This document shows, in pieces, positions 24,461 through 36,181 of a DNA stretch of 64,000 bases. A model generated the notes under the pieces. It was not told the DNA's origin. It saw only the letters and a list, made by a program, of their open reading frames with translations, and did no database searches. Within the stretch, counting starts at the first letter, position 1. Every line of letters starts with the position of its first letter. The stretch is from Tubiluchus corallicola (Eukaryota > Animalia > Priapulida): the NCBI GenBank assembly GCA_030141605.1, contig JAQGDQ010000607.1:56460-120459 (forward strand), in the 5' to 3' direction. The position numbers and the translations under genes were made by a program.

Positions 24461-27400
24461 AGTCGAATTAATATATACAATTAATGATTTGGCCAGATAA
24501 TTTATTGTAGATTCCATTGTTTTTTTTCTGTAAACTTTTTGCCCGTTTTGAATTTGTTTATAAATGTTTGTGCCATTGTCTTGTGGAATTTTCCTCAGGT
24601 TATAGGAAAAGGTTCAGAAAAATTGGGAGAAGATTGCATAGAAGAGAAGTACCTGATCGCGACATCGGAGCAGCCTATTGCGGCTTACCATCGCGGGGAG
24701 TGGATACACCACGAGGATTTACCCAAATGCTACATGGGCGTGTCCACGTGCTTCCGACAAGAGTGCGGCTCTCACGGACGTGACACACGCGGAATATTTC
24801 GGGTTCATCAGTTTGAAAAGGTTTGTCTTGTGCCTTATGTGTGCTCGGCTTGTGTCTTGTGTTAATAATAATAATAATCTTTATTTAAAGTCGGTTTTTG
24901 GGTGAACAATTAACATTAGCTCAAAGAGCTATTATTGCCGACTGTAAATAACAACCTACAACTACATAACAGAGACTATTATTACCCCACTTTTACCTCC
25001 TAAATACCACGCGTCAGGCAGGGCAACAGCAGGTACCATTTTTAAAGTCTTTGGTATGACCCGGCCGCTGGTTCGAACTCACGACCTCCCAGACGCAAAG
25101 CAGACGCATTACCACTGGACTAAGCCTGTTGTTGGGCAGTGTCACATGCCTTGCGTCTCCTGTGCTTCTCCTCTGCCTCCTCAATTCTTTTCGCCTCTGC
25201 TGTCTTAGCCCCTGTGGTGATGGCACTCTGCCAGGCTGAGCGATCTTGTGCAAGGGTTTCCATTGAGCGGATATCCATGCTGAGCTCCTTGAGTGAGGCC
25301 TTCAGGCTGTCTTTGAAGCGTTTCTTTGGTCGTCCAACCTTTCTCTTTCCAGACACAAGTTCTCCATAGAGCATCTTTGGTATGCGGTTGTCTGGCATGC
25401 GAATCACATGTCCTGCCCACTGAACCTGTGTTTTGAGGAGGTTTTTATATATATTACCAATATGGAAATGTAAGTGTTGCAACAGCGCAGCTCCCTTGAA
25501 TATTCCAGTACAGAGAGGCAATAGAAAACTTGAGGTTTAGCCTGCACATTTCTAACAGATCAAGGCAATTTCAATGATTTTCTATTCAATATTGGTTATG
25601 CAGACAATAATATGTGGGGGGGGGGGAGGAGAGGCTAACCCCCCACTTTATCTGTCTGTTTGAATGGAAATTCGTAAGTCGCATTAAATGAGAAAACTTT
25701 GTACGCGTTTTACAGCACCAGCATGTTAATTATATGTTAATTAATTAACTTGTCGTGATAATTTGATTTTATTTAACTTTGCTAATATTTTGTTAGATAA
25801 TTTTGTTTTATCACTAACCTATTGAGATTAATTAATGTCCGAAAATTGCTATCAATATCAGTTATTAAGGCAGAGGTGTGCAAATTATCTGACTAGCCGG
25901 GCCACATTAAACTTTCCCGCAATTCCTGCGGGCCACAGGCAGTTTGATCAACGAGTCAAGTACAGAAAGGCCTAATAACGATTTTTTTGCATTCGACCTG
26001 TGTACATCATTACTACTACACTCAAGAAACCATTTTAGAAGTTATTAAAATTTATATTACAAACCATATATTTCTACTTTCAGGACAGATAGTGGTAATT
26101 TCATTACAATGCATATTAGTAATGTGTATCACACAGTCTGTGTAGTACAGTGTTATTAAGCTACAACCGTGTTGTAAGGGTTAATGGCATCCGATCTAGT
26201 AGAAAAAACTATCCGCACTATCTTTGGGATCGTGGCACGGACTTCAGCTGGATACACTCAATTAATCGCCCGGGCCGCACTTTCATCAGGTTGACAAATC
26301 TCTTCATGGGCCGCACAAATTCTCTCGGTGGGCCACAAGTGGCCCGCGGGCCGCAATTTGCACACCCCTGTATTAAGGTTTACATTCCTATAGTAACTGT
26401 ATTTGTACGGTTTTATACTATCTGTATTTGTGTACAGTCACTTTAATAGCAGCTTGTTTCTTCCAGATTGAACAGTTTGTGTTGACTTCACCGCACGATG
26501 ACAAGTCGTGGGAAATGATGGATCAGATGATGGAAAATGCGGAAGAGTTTAACAAACTGTTAGAGCTACCGTACCGAATAGTTGCTATAGTATCAGGTTC
26601 AGTGATTTTGCGTTTTCCATTTTTACTTTTGCAGGTTTCTCGTGAGTTCTACAAGGTGTTTTATAAACGTTTTGCTTTTTGAGGGATCGTCACTTTCGTT
26701 CAGGCTTGCATTCTTCATATTCTGAAACTTTGTCTTGACATTTGGTAACACTTATTGACAGGACACTTCCTAATCCAGGATTTGATGCGTGGGTCTTGAA
26801 TGCAAATAATTTTGGCAAAGTCCAGGACTATATTGTTTAGTCCAGGACTATATTGTTTAGTCCAGAATGATATTGTTTAGTCCAGGTCTATATTGTTTAG
26901 TCCAGGACTATATTGTTTAGTCCAGAATGATATTGTTTAGTCCAGGTCTATATTGTTTAGTCCAGGACTATATTGTTTAGTCTAGGACTATATTGTTTAG
27001 TCCAGGACTATATTGTTTAGTCCAGGATTATATTGTTTAGTCCAGGACTATATTGTTTAGTCCAGGATGATATTGTTTAGTCCAGGACTGTATTGTTTAG
27101 TCCAGAATGATATTGTTTAGTCCAGGACTATATTGTTTAGTCCAGAATGATATTGTTTAGTCCAGGTCTATATTGTTTAGTCCAGGACTATATTGTTTAG
27201 TCCAGGACTATATTGTTTAGTCAAGGACTATATTGTTTAGTCCAGGACTATATTGTTTAGTCCAGGACTATATTGTTTAGTCCAGGTCTATATTGTTTAG
27301 TCCAGGACTATATTGTTTAGTCCAGGACTATATTGTTTAGTCTAGGTTGCTCGCTAGGAACGTTATTATCAATCAAACATGTTGATGTTTCATTACCTAC

Positions 27401-30400
27401 CTGATGTTTTTAGTCAGTCCGCTTTGTAAGCAGTGCTTTTTAGCCATATAAGACAGTGGCGGATTTAGGGGGTGGGCCCAAGGGGGCGGCCCTTTCATAG
27501 TAGCAATTACGGCACACCAAGTGAATATTTTCTCTGGATTATAAGCTTTCGAACGTTTGGTGGTAGCTTTTAATGACTTATATCGAGTAAAAAGTTCTGC
27601 ATTAATGATTTTAGTGTAAAAAATGTTTGTGCACTTTAAGTGATAATTGAAATTTTTGATAGAGATATAGCGATTGATGATGATCATGAAAAGGCCTTGA
27701 GTTAAGTGTAGCAGACGACCCATTTGTGTAAACTTATCAATGCCTCACAGCCCGCGCTGTTGTAATAGTAGCAGTTTAGCCCGCACTGTTGTAATAGTAA
27801 CAGTTTTAACAGCTAGCTAGAACCTTACCTAGTTCATTTTTTCTTCTTCCCAAGCAAGATCCTAATGAATAATTAATTAAAGTCCATGTAAAACAGCAGA
27901 AGTTACTGAACTGATACAGCAAATGGCTTTGCTTTACACACATGCCATGTGACACTTGTAGCTAAGATGTGTTGCTATGGTGCACTTAGCCTACAGCACA
28001 TCGAAACTGTGAAAAGGCTTTTTTCACTTTTGTTGGCTCATTACATTCCCCCGGTTTCGATGCTGCTTGCACTTTGGAAACCAAATTTGTTCATTTAGCA
28101 GAGAAAACTTTTGGCTTCCTAGTTGCAGCTTTGCATTTTTGTGTAGCGTAAACTACGTATAAGTGGAACACCTCGAGACTGCAGAATTTGGAGTTATGCG
28201 TAGATACGCGTTAGACAGTGTTCGTAAGAAAACAAGATTGATTTGCTTATAAAAATCAGACATATAATATTTGTTGCTGGCTCCCCTTGAACTCCATTGG
28301 AGGCCTAGGTGGCCCCAAAACCCACGGCTTGTTTCAGAGTTTTTTACAATTTGTCATTCTCATCCCTGACATATTCTACAGCCTGTGAAAATGACAAACA
28401 GAACCTTTAATCAAACATCAAACCATTTTTATGAATACGGTAATCAAAAATAAAATGATTTGCCTACCTTTATTTTAGTCTGGGTAGCTATTTCTGTCAC
28501 TGTTGTTGTTGTTGTTGTTTTTGTTGTTGTTGTTGTTGATGGTGATGATGATGATGATGATGACGACGACAACGACGAGGACGATGATGATGAACAGATA
28601 CGCACACGCCAAGGAAACAACTGCAGAGGGTGGAAGAACTGACAAGATCTATGCAGTGAATGACGACGACGATGATGATAATGATTCTACTACTATTAGT
28701 ACTGCTGCTGCTGCTGCTGCTACTCCCATTGCTACTGCTGTCACTGCTACTGTTGTTTTTGTTGATGATGATGATGATGACGAAGACGACGATGATGCAC
28801 AGACACAGAGGCTAAATTGCAATAATGAGTATTTTACGAAGAGAGGAGAAAAGAAGAAAGAAAAAGAAAGTAGAGGAAAAAGTGGAAGGAAACATTAACA
28901 CAGTACTAGAGATATTATGCTGGTGTTATTTTAGTCTGGTTAATAGAATTCGGCAGTAATGGTAAAGAGGAAAGTGAAGGGGAAAATTCCGTGAGAAATC
29001 CGTTGGAGATACGCAAGAATTCGAGTTACATAGTTTAAGTAATTTGTTTGTTTTGTGTCAACTTTTTACAGGTTGTTTGTTTACTGAATTGTTGTTTGTT
29101 TTCTGTTTCAGGAGCCCTGAATAACGCAGCGGCCAAGAAGCTAGATTTGGAAGCTTGGTTTCCGGGATCGGGAGCTTTCCGTGAACTTGTTTCCTGTTCC
29201 AATTGTACGGATTATCAATCGCGTAGCTTACACGTCCGTTACGGACAAACTAAGAAAATGAATGCTCAGGTTAGAAGATTAGCTACCAGGTGGCGCTGCA
29301 CCTGTTTTTCTTATAAATATTCGTTTTGGACTTTCCCATTGTGACTTTGGTGCTTCTGATAAGTGACTCATCATACTCAGAATTCTTCTGGCGAAATAAC
29401 TGAAAAAAATTACACTCATTTGTCAAAGTTTGCAAAGATAAGACTACAATAAAAATACTTTTGACTAATATTTTTTATCACACATTCGGCTGGGAATTTA
29501 TAATAATGTAATAATTAATTTAACTAGCAAATGCCCCGCAAAAAATGTTGTGTATAAATACACTCATAATCAAAAATACGCGAGCATCCTACCTAGTGTT
29601 TGCTTACTTACCTAACGCAAAGCCAGCAGCAGCAGCTTTTACTGAATTAAAGTTATAGACAGAGTATAATGGATGACGTCAGAACAATGGCTTTGCATCA
29701 GCAGTCCTCCAAACAAAAATTGCCAAAAATAGAACATCTAATTAACTCGTCGGCACTCCTTTTGGTGGACGTATCCTAAAATATAGCCCACGTCATCATG
29801 TAGCCCTGTTCTTCCTCTTTCGAAAGAGCCGAATATCTCCTTCCGAGAGTCCCACTAGGCGCCGCTAGAGCATTTTTTCCGCAGACTGTTTGATCAAAGT
29901 TTCGAAAAAATCGCGAGTTGGGTCCGGGAAAACGCCTGTTACGGGACGCTGTGGCCCTCTTGCAAATTGAAAATACACCTATGACACCCACCGCTGAATG
30001 GGCTGTCTATCCAAATTAATAGCGTAATAATTAATTTAATGTTGTTGTTTCGGCGGCAAGGAAGCAGCCATGTTTTTCTACAACTAACTCTCGGCCATAC
30101 ATTGCCGTTTTCTATGATTGCGATTGCGATACTCGACTCTCTCCATCTATCAGAGGTGGGCACCTTTATAGGGTGCAAAGTCTTTTCTTCTATAACGGTG
30201 ATCTTTTAGTTGTCTTTTTCAAGTTTAATGTCTTTATTTGTCTTTATCCTGTATTCCATCCATTCGTTCACTAGATTTCTAATTTCTAGCAATCCTTCCT
30301 TTTCACTGTTAATATATCTGAGTTCAAGATTTTTTTCCATTCTCCATATCTGTAACATCTAAGCATATGTTCAGTAGTGTCATCATCTTCCTCACACACT

Positions 30401-33400
30401 GGGCATAATAACTGATCCTTGTAGTTCCCTTTAACTTTAATCATATTCAGTCTTATTTTCAATATATCTTTAACCTCTTCTGGCTTACATGTGTCTATGT
30501 AATTTTGTCGTTTCCACTTGGTACGCCTTAAAAATCTTAATTTAGTGCTGCTCCTGCATTTTTCTGCACATTCATTTTTGATAAAATATTCAATCTTATT
30601 CTTTATTTCTTTCTTCCATTCAGAATTTTTCATGACCTTCACCCTTTCTTCATGATGCTGAATCGTTTTGGAGTTTAGAAAGTATCGTGTTTTCCCCCAA
30701 GTCATTGTAATGACAGCTGAGTAGGGTTGCCACTTGTACCATAATTATCAGAACATACATTGGACACATGCATGAAAATGCCTGTATATGTTCAGAGGAA
30801 ACACAAACAGTTGAACATTTGCTTTTTAATTGTACTCTGGTCGATGTAAATAAATGATTAGCGCTCGCAAATATCCTACAATCTCAGAACGTTAAGAAAA
30901 ATTTATACCTCTCGTGACAAAAACCTGCTAGATGCTTTCACTGAGTTAGTTTGTGATTCGTTTTTACAAATTTTAGTATAAAATATTGAACTTTGAGTAA
31001 CAGACAAATCCGTGATTTATTGGTATATAAAAATACGAATGTAACGGCTATTTTATTTACCAAGTTTTTTTAACCATACCCTGCAAGTAGAGGATCCCTG
31101 TATGTATTTTATGTAAATATTTGTGTATGCGTATAATTTAAATTTTAAGTAAAGAATTATAATAATAATAATACCATACAAAAGACAGACTATACTATAA
31201 GCGATAATTATACAATAATTTAGTAAAGCAAAACAAAAAACTAAAAAAGAAAGCGTAAAAAAATGCGCATTGGAAAAATTTCAAACATTGCTGCTAACCA
31301 GTGGGAAATAAATAAACTTGCCTCTCAACTGATTTTAAATATTCCATGATTCAGCTTTAAATATTCACAAAGCTTTAAAAAAATTGAAAAAATTACAAAT
31401 AATAATAATAATAATAATAATAACATTAATAAACCTTTTAAACAGACAAGCACCATAAGCCCAAAGATCATTTTGGCAATCCTAAAATAGTAAATTTAAA
31501 CTACATACTGGGTTAGACCTCCTTTACTCTAAAAACCACAAACAAGACAATAGCATGTAGCATTTTTTAAAGGACAAGAAAATGGCCAAGCAAAGTAAGC
31601 CTCAGAAAATTTGCAATAAAAAATTATATCACCTAAGTATAATCTAAAGTACTCACGTTTTCGCATTTACTCCAATTTTTGTAAAATATTTCTTCCCCGC
31701 TTTTACTGCCATCTTTTGAGCTCTTGAGGTAAGACAGATAATTTTTTTTCTGGCTGCCCTAAATTCAAAGTTGATCTTGTATTAGTTAGCTAACTGTCTT
31801 TACTTAGCTACTTACCTAAATCTCAGGGATGAGAATGACAAATTGCAAAAAACTCTGAAACAGGCCGGGGGTTTGGGAGCCATCTAGGTTCCCAATGGGG
31901 TTGCGAGGCAAAGCCCCCATGAGGGTTAAAGGTGATGAAGCCCCTTGGACCCAGAAACAAATTGCAATTTTGTGACCATAGAGAGCCTCTAAGTGGACTT
32001 AAAATATGAATTACCTTGTTTCATACATAATTTAAAATACCCGACTATCAAGGATACATGATACCTAATTGACTCAAAAACGCCTAAGTACTAGCCGCTC
32101 CTATGCAAAAGTATATAAAAATTGTCTGCAATTGACTCAAATAACTCCGTACAATTGATTCTACATTTTTATACATAGAGATATACACGTGGTTACACTG
32201 ATGTACATGATGTAAACAAAGTGACGGCCTGCCAACTAGCGGTCAGCTTGTGAAATAATGTAGTGGGTCCGTAAAAATTTTCTCTACGAATTTACGCGAT
32301 TTACAAAAATGGCACTGCTGGTCTTCCAAAAACTCGGAATTCCGCGGAAAATTCTCATCCCTGAAATCTAGCCAACTGCTTCGGACACAATAACACATTG
32401 CTGGCAATGTGATATATATCCGTAGCAACTATCCATTATAGATCTTTTTAAAAGTACTAAATTGTTTATTTTTTTCTCCTATAGGTGGAGTATGTGCACA
32501 TGCTGAATGCCACGATGTGTGCAACAACTAGAACCATTTGTGCTATATTAGAGAACAATCAGACAGAAACAGGTATTACTGTACCTGAGGCTCTACGACC
32601 ATATATGCCTAAAGGTTAGTGCTCACTGCACTTTTGTGAGGGAGTTTGTATTTTGATGTGCATGTAGTTGCAGTCAGATTTTCTTTTATTCTGTGTTATA
32701 ATTATACTGGGCACTTTTTGTTTAAATCATTTTAGTTTTTTACTGTTAATACCAGGGATGAGAATTTTCCGTGGATATGCGGAATTCCGAGTTTTTGGAA
32801 GACCAGTTTACATTTTATATCAAGATGTGTTTATGTAATATGTTTATGTGTTTCTGCTGTCATCGATTCTTAAAGGAAGTCGGGATGATTTTTCATATAC
32901 TACCCCATTTTGAAGTCCGATAAAAAGTATACATTTTAACACGATTAATACCGTAAAAGTGTTTCTGATAACTAAATAATAGATTAAAAATTTAATTAAC
33001 AGCTGGCGAGCCCAACTATTGATGATATCACAAACTAACATAGTTTTCAGCAGCAAAAGTATTCCATGAGCGCGTTGCACGTATTTGCCAAAGTGATAAT
33101 TGAAGAACAGCGCTACTGTACGATATTCACTGTGTTGCACTAAGACTATGCAAGTTTTAAATTCAAAATTTTAAATTACCTGTGACTTTTTACCTGTGAT
33201 TTTTTTACCTGTGATTTTTTTACCTGTGACTTTCTTACCTGCGACTTTCTTATCTGTAACTTTTAACCGGAAAACAAATTTTATCGATAATTTTCAATTT
33301 CCTTTCTAGGTTTAGACGAAATGATTCCGTTCGTGAAGCCGGCGCCGATCGACGAAGCGGAAACGAAGAAGCGGAAGAAACAAAAAGCAGGATCGAAGAA

Positions 33401-33446
33401 AACGGAAGATGTTGCCGATAAAATGAAAGAACTAAATACAAAATAG
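13586..33446 (+). CDS. SARS1: Cytoplasmic seryl-tRNA synthetase (class IIa), complete, 11 coding exons, 1524 nt, 507 aa
   Basis: Exons 13586-13721, 14910-14980, 16016-16099, 17490-17648, 19843-19983, 21284-21439, 24599-24820, 26467-26596, 29112-29269, 32485-32614, 33310-33446; all GT-AG and in frame. Motifs [125 protein letters not shown]. Confidence 0.97.
14133..14790. repeat. Composite dispersed repeat (LINE 3'-end-like); inverted copy at 44660-45370, partial copies at 20222-20555 and 39481-39860
   Basis: Near-identical blocks ([16 protein letters not shown] appears in both orientations; shared GTTTATTATTATCACATTCAGTACAATATAA end). Confidence 0.85.
14910..14980 (+). CDS. SARS1: SerRS exon 2
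   Basis: 71 nt; [23 protein letters not shown]. Confidence 0.95.
15018..15358 (-). mobile_element. RTE/RTE-X LINE 3' end, degenerate
   Basis: Minus-strand translation DHVTNVEVL...RLAGHILRL...[19 protein letters not shown]...AADRTQWK with internal stops. Confidence 0.85.
15487..15955 (+). mobile_element. CAGGGATGAGAA MITE family, degenerate copy
   Basis: Homologous to 18701-19215 and 31824-32363. Confidence 0.8.
16016..16099 (+). CDS. SARS1: SerRS exon 3
   Basis: 84 nt; [28 protein letters not shown]. Confidence 0.93.
16277..16697 (-). mobile_element. 5S rRNA-derived SINE (SINE3-type) with (CAA)n tail
   Basis: 16697-16611 reads GACTACGGCCAAATCACGTTAAAAACACCGGTTCTCGTCTGGTCACCGAAGTTAAGCAACGTAGAGCCTGGGTAGTACTTGGATAGG, i.e. 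5S nt 1-87; GC-rich body; (CAA)n tail; flanking direct repeat GTCACTAA at 16268 and 16698. Confidence 0.85.
16878..17300 (-). mobile_element. Tc1-like element, internally deleted copy
   Basis: Homologous to 49376-50020; the TIR at its high-coordinate end is truncated at CTTGGTCTTA. Confidence 0.8.
17490..17648 (+). CDS. SARS1: SerRS exon 4
   Basis: 159 nt; [11 protein letters not shown]...[16 protein letters not shown]. Confidence 0.95.
18701..19215 (+). mobile_element. MITE with CAGGGATGA TIRs and 6-bp TSD
   Basis: CAGGGATGAGAAT...ATTGTCATCCCTG; flanks GTTCTT / GGTCTT. Confidence 0.8.
19843..19983 (+). CDS. SARS1: SerRS exon 5
   Basis: 141 nt; [10 protein letters not shown]...GSRGYFLK. 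Confidence 0.95.
20736..20846. repeat. (TA)n microsatellite
   Basis: Long TA run with GT interruptions. Confidence 0.95.
21284..21439 (+). CDS. SARS1: SerRS exon 6
   Basis: 156 nt; [14 protein letters not shown]...QFDEELYK (motif 1 region). Confidence 0.95.
21723..22749 (-). mobile_element. pogo/Tigger element, internally deleted, retaining the transposase N-terminal HTH
   Basis: 26-bp TIRs CAGTAGTCGCCGCTTAATAGACTCAC / GTGAGTCTATTAAGCAGCGACTATTG, TA on both flanks; ORF 22205-22017 [20 protein letters not shown]...[16 protein letters not shown] is a CENP-B/psq-type HTH. Confidence 0.88.
23170..23468 (+). mobile_element. Truncated solo LTR, same family as 58612-58968
   Basis: Starts TGTTGTGGAGATCGCTG; near-identical body. 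Confidence 0.8.
23475..23944 (+). mobile_element. Kolobok-like non-autonomous element, 3' part; related copies near 34076-34505, 44025-44545, 52016-52292
   Basis: Ends CCTTTTCTCGTCCT followed by TTAA; shared internal AATCAGAGCATTCGTAGC...GGTGCACCCTGGAGGGTGAG block. Confidence 0.65.
24599..24820 (+). CDS. SARS1: SerRS exon 7
   Basis: 222 nt; TSE motif and motif 2 FRQE...RVHQFEK. Confidence 0.96.
24990..25123 (-). mobile_element. tRNA-derived SINE with Meta-domain-like core
   Basis: Minus strand: TAGTCCAGTGG (A box) ... GAGTTCGAACC (B box) then GGCCGGGTCATACCAAAGACTTTAAAAATGGTACCTGCTG, resembling the MetaSINE central domain (from recall). Confidence 0.7.
25124..25440 (-). mobile_element. RTE-clade LINE ORF 3' fragment
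   Basis: [44 protein letters not shown]...DRSAW, a typical RTE C-terminal region. Confidence 0.9.
25871..26370. mobile_element. hAT (Charlie-like) MITE
   Basis: TIR CAGAGGTGTGCAAATT / AATTTGCACACCCCTG, perfect 8-bp TSD TATTAAGG, GGCCCGCGGGCCGC subterminal motif. Confidence 0.9.
26467..26596 (+). CDS. SARS1: SerRS exon 8
   Basis: 130 nt; [18 protein letters not shown]...[10 protein letters not shown]. Confidence 0.95.
26819..27346. repeat. 20-bp minisatellite (AGTCCAGGACTATATTGTTT) x about 26
   Basis: Direct tandem units with no spacers. Confidence 0.97.
28500..28797. repeat. Compound (GTT)n/(GAT)n/(GAC)n/(GCT)n microsatellites
   Basis: Intronic trinucleotide runs. Confidence 0.9.
29112..29269 (+). 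CDS. SARS1: SerRS exon 9
   Basis: 158 nt; [35 protein letters not shown]. Confidence 0.96.
30180..30660 (-). mobile_element. Non-LTR retrotransposon ORF2 C-terminal fragment with CCHC zinc knuckle
   Basis: WKKEIKNKI...KLRFL...[33 protein letters not shown]. Confidence 0.75.
31824..32363 (-). mobile_element. MITE with CAGGGATGAGAAT TIRs and perfect 6-bp TSD AAATCT
   Basis: AAATCT|CAGGGATGAGAAT ... ATTCTCATCCCTG|AAATCT. Confidence 0.88.
32485..32614 (+). CDS. SARS1: SerRS exon 10
   Basis: 130 nt; [43 protein letters not shown] (motif 3); not in the ORF track. Confidence 0.95.
33310..33446 (+). CDS. SARS1: SerRS exon 11 (terminal)
   Basis: [44 protein letters not shown] then TAG. Confidence 0.93.
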
Positions 33447-34992
33447 TCATCAATGACATCATAGCTAAGCAGTTTTAATGAGATTAAAGAAAGGAAGTTT
33501 AATTTGGCAAATATCCGTATGATGGAAATTTAATCGAAGTCTGGCATTTACGATATATAACAAAATTTATTTCTCCTAATGAAGATGCAAGATTATATTA
33601 ATACTGTAACCTGCACACATTTGATGCTAGTATAAGCTTTCTAATTGTTAATACACTCATATCTCGGTTTGCCGGACCTGGCTTTTACGGATATCGGAAG
33701 AATCAGACAAAACCTGGACCGTTAAAAAGTCCCGCGTACTATGGACACGGTCCGTTGGCCTCGCAAGCTGAGCGCTAGTTGGTGGGCTGTCACTTTGTTT
33801 ACATCGTTATGTCAGTGTAACGACACTACTTAGCGCGATTGTTTCTACGTATATTATTGCGCAGAAAAGCGAAGTAAGACCGCATAAAAATAGTAAAAGC
33901 TCATTCGTCATACAAAAGTATTTCATTTAAGCATGCGCAGAAAAAATATAGAGTCAATTATGCGAAGTTATTTGAGTTAAAGCACAAGAAAACCCTTCAT
34001 AAGCATAAAGCTTGGAACATTCGTTTTGAAATTTTATATCACTTACATACTGCCTTTTTGCACGCAGGACTTCAATCGGCAGTCACGCTGTATAAAACGT
34101 AAATTTAAACTCCCGCGATGACCGTTAGATGGAGCCATTTTCACGACAGGTCATTTGAAACAAGTTTAGATAACATTTTGTAAAGTTTGAAAAAATAAAT
34201 AGAGAATTCGTAGCGCACACGTCACTAACTAAATAAAATTTAAAATTATTGTATCGTGTCAGTAAGATTAAAAATACGTTTTTGGTTAGTGAGTGGTGCA
34301 CCCTGGAGGGTGAGTCCGCGATATTTTACCAATTGGTGAAAACATTTTAAATAACTAATAATTTTCTTTTCTAGTTACATAAGTCTTTCTAGCAGCTAGG
34401 CGAAAATCTAAGTAACATAGATTTGCAAGGAAAGTCTCTTGAGACATAATTTTACTTTGCCTTTTCTTCCCTTCACTTAAGTTTGGTGCATGACGTCATG
34501 TAATGTAGGTTAAATTAATACCGCAATAAGTGTGGATGTTATATTTATATTTATAAGCAACTGGTGTAAGGAAATGTTGATTCTATCAGGCAGATTTGTG
34601 GCTAAGGATAACACATAGAATCTTATTAATCTTGTCACTATCATTTGGTAAAATTAAATGTAGAGACTAAGTTATTTTAAAATACATTCCTCTTTATGTA
34701 TCTCTAATTTCTTTATTATGATGTTTGTCAAAAAATTACCTCACACCTTCTTGATTACCCCACCCATTTCCAGCTTCCTTGTTAGCTTGTTTTTTTCTGA
34801 TTATCTGAAAACCTTCAATTTACGAGGTAACATTATTATTATTATAATATTTAATGTTTATTCACGATTTACAATCCATACAATTACAATTACATGTTAC
34901 AAAACATTATATAAACAATGCAATACATTACAATAAAAAAAACTACACCACACATGGTATATAATTGTCAGTACAATACACAATAAAACACA

Positions 34993-35025
<33 letters not shown>

Positions 35026-36181
35026 TATACTGCCTAGGAGCAGTTTTACGGGCTGTCACACATCCATTTACTACGTATGTTAAGTGTTGCTTAACTTTCA
35101 TTGCTAAACTGCGCACAGGGTGGCACACTGACTGTTTTTAATAAGATTTCATGTAATAATATTTATTGACGATTTACAATCAATACAATTACAAGTTACA
35201 AAACATTACATAAACAATGCAGCACATTACAACGAAGAAAAAACTACACAGACAGAACCCCGCATTTTATATTATATTTGAATAATGACTGCATCCATCT
35301 GTAAACAAATTTCATTATCAAGCCATGAATTTTGCTTATGTAATTTATTTAGATGTAGCTACTGCTGTCGATTAGACGAAGACAAAATGATCCCTTCTTT
35401 ACAATCTTGTTTACAACATGATGAAGATTGACCAGCGTCCAAAACGTCTATACGTGGGTGTCTGTGATTAAGCATTGACCTGCACATAAATAAGCCTTTT
35501 CACAGTTGCAAAAATTGATGATGATCATTAAAACTGCATATGTACCAGACAACGTATTTGTGCATACACTTGAAAACGCTTCGCAGCCCATGCTGCTATA
35601 GTAACAGTTTTAACAGCTAACTAGAACCTTACCTAGTTCATTCTTTCTTGTTCCGAAGCAAGATCATGCTAGTAAATCACTCTATTGACATTACAGAACT
35701 GATACTGCAGATGGCTTTGCTTTAACCATACTTCACATGACGGTTGTAGTTAAGACACATTGATACACTATACAGTAGATACACTTAACATTTAACTCAC
35801 AGCAACTGTGTGTGTGTGTGTGTGTGTGTGTACAAATAAACTGCAAGACTTATTAAGCAATGTAAGTCCAGTATGGAATGAATGGGTAGTTGGAGGAACA
35901 AGACGAATGACAATATAATAAATAACTTAGTAAATGAATGAATGAATATTTAATTAATTTAGTTTAGTGGATGCATGTAGGAAGGCTAAACAAAAATGAA
36001 ATAAAACACCAAGCGTGGCCAGAATTAAAGCGACATTATCTTCAATTAGTGCAGCGATTGCACGATAGGTGATGACACCTGCAAAGTTTTTCGAATATGG
36101 TGCAATTTCGTGATAGATTTGGAGAATCCAATTACAAGAAAGCAAAAATAAATTAGTGCATCACAGAATATTTATGTATTG

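Noticed and set aside
26819-27346. CRISPR-like look of the tandem arrays (also 53852-55130, 59982-61097, 63306-64000)
   Set aside because: Units are contiguous with no unique spacers, no cas genes, and the DNA is eukaryotic.
28460-28898. Poly-D/V/A ORFs (also poly-N/Q at 46090-46386)
   Set aside because: Intronic trinucleotide microsatellites; flanking exons splice in frame without them.
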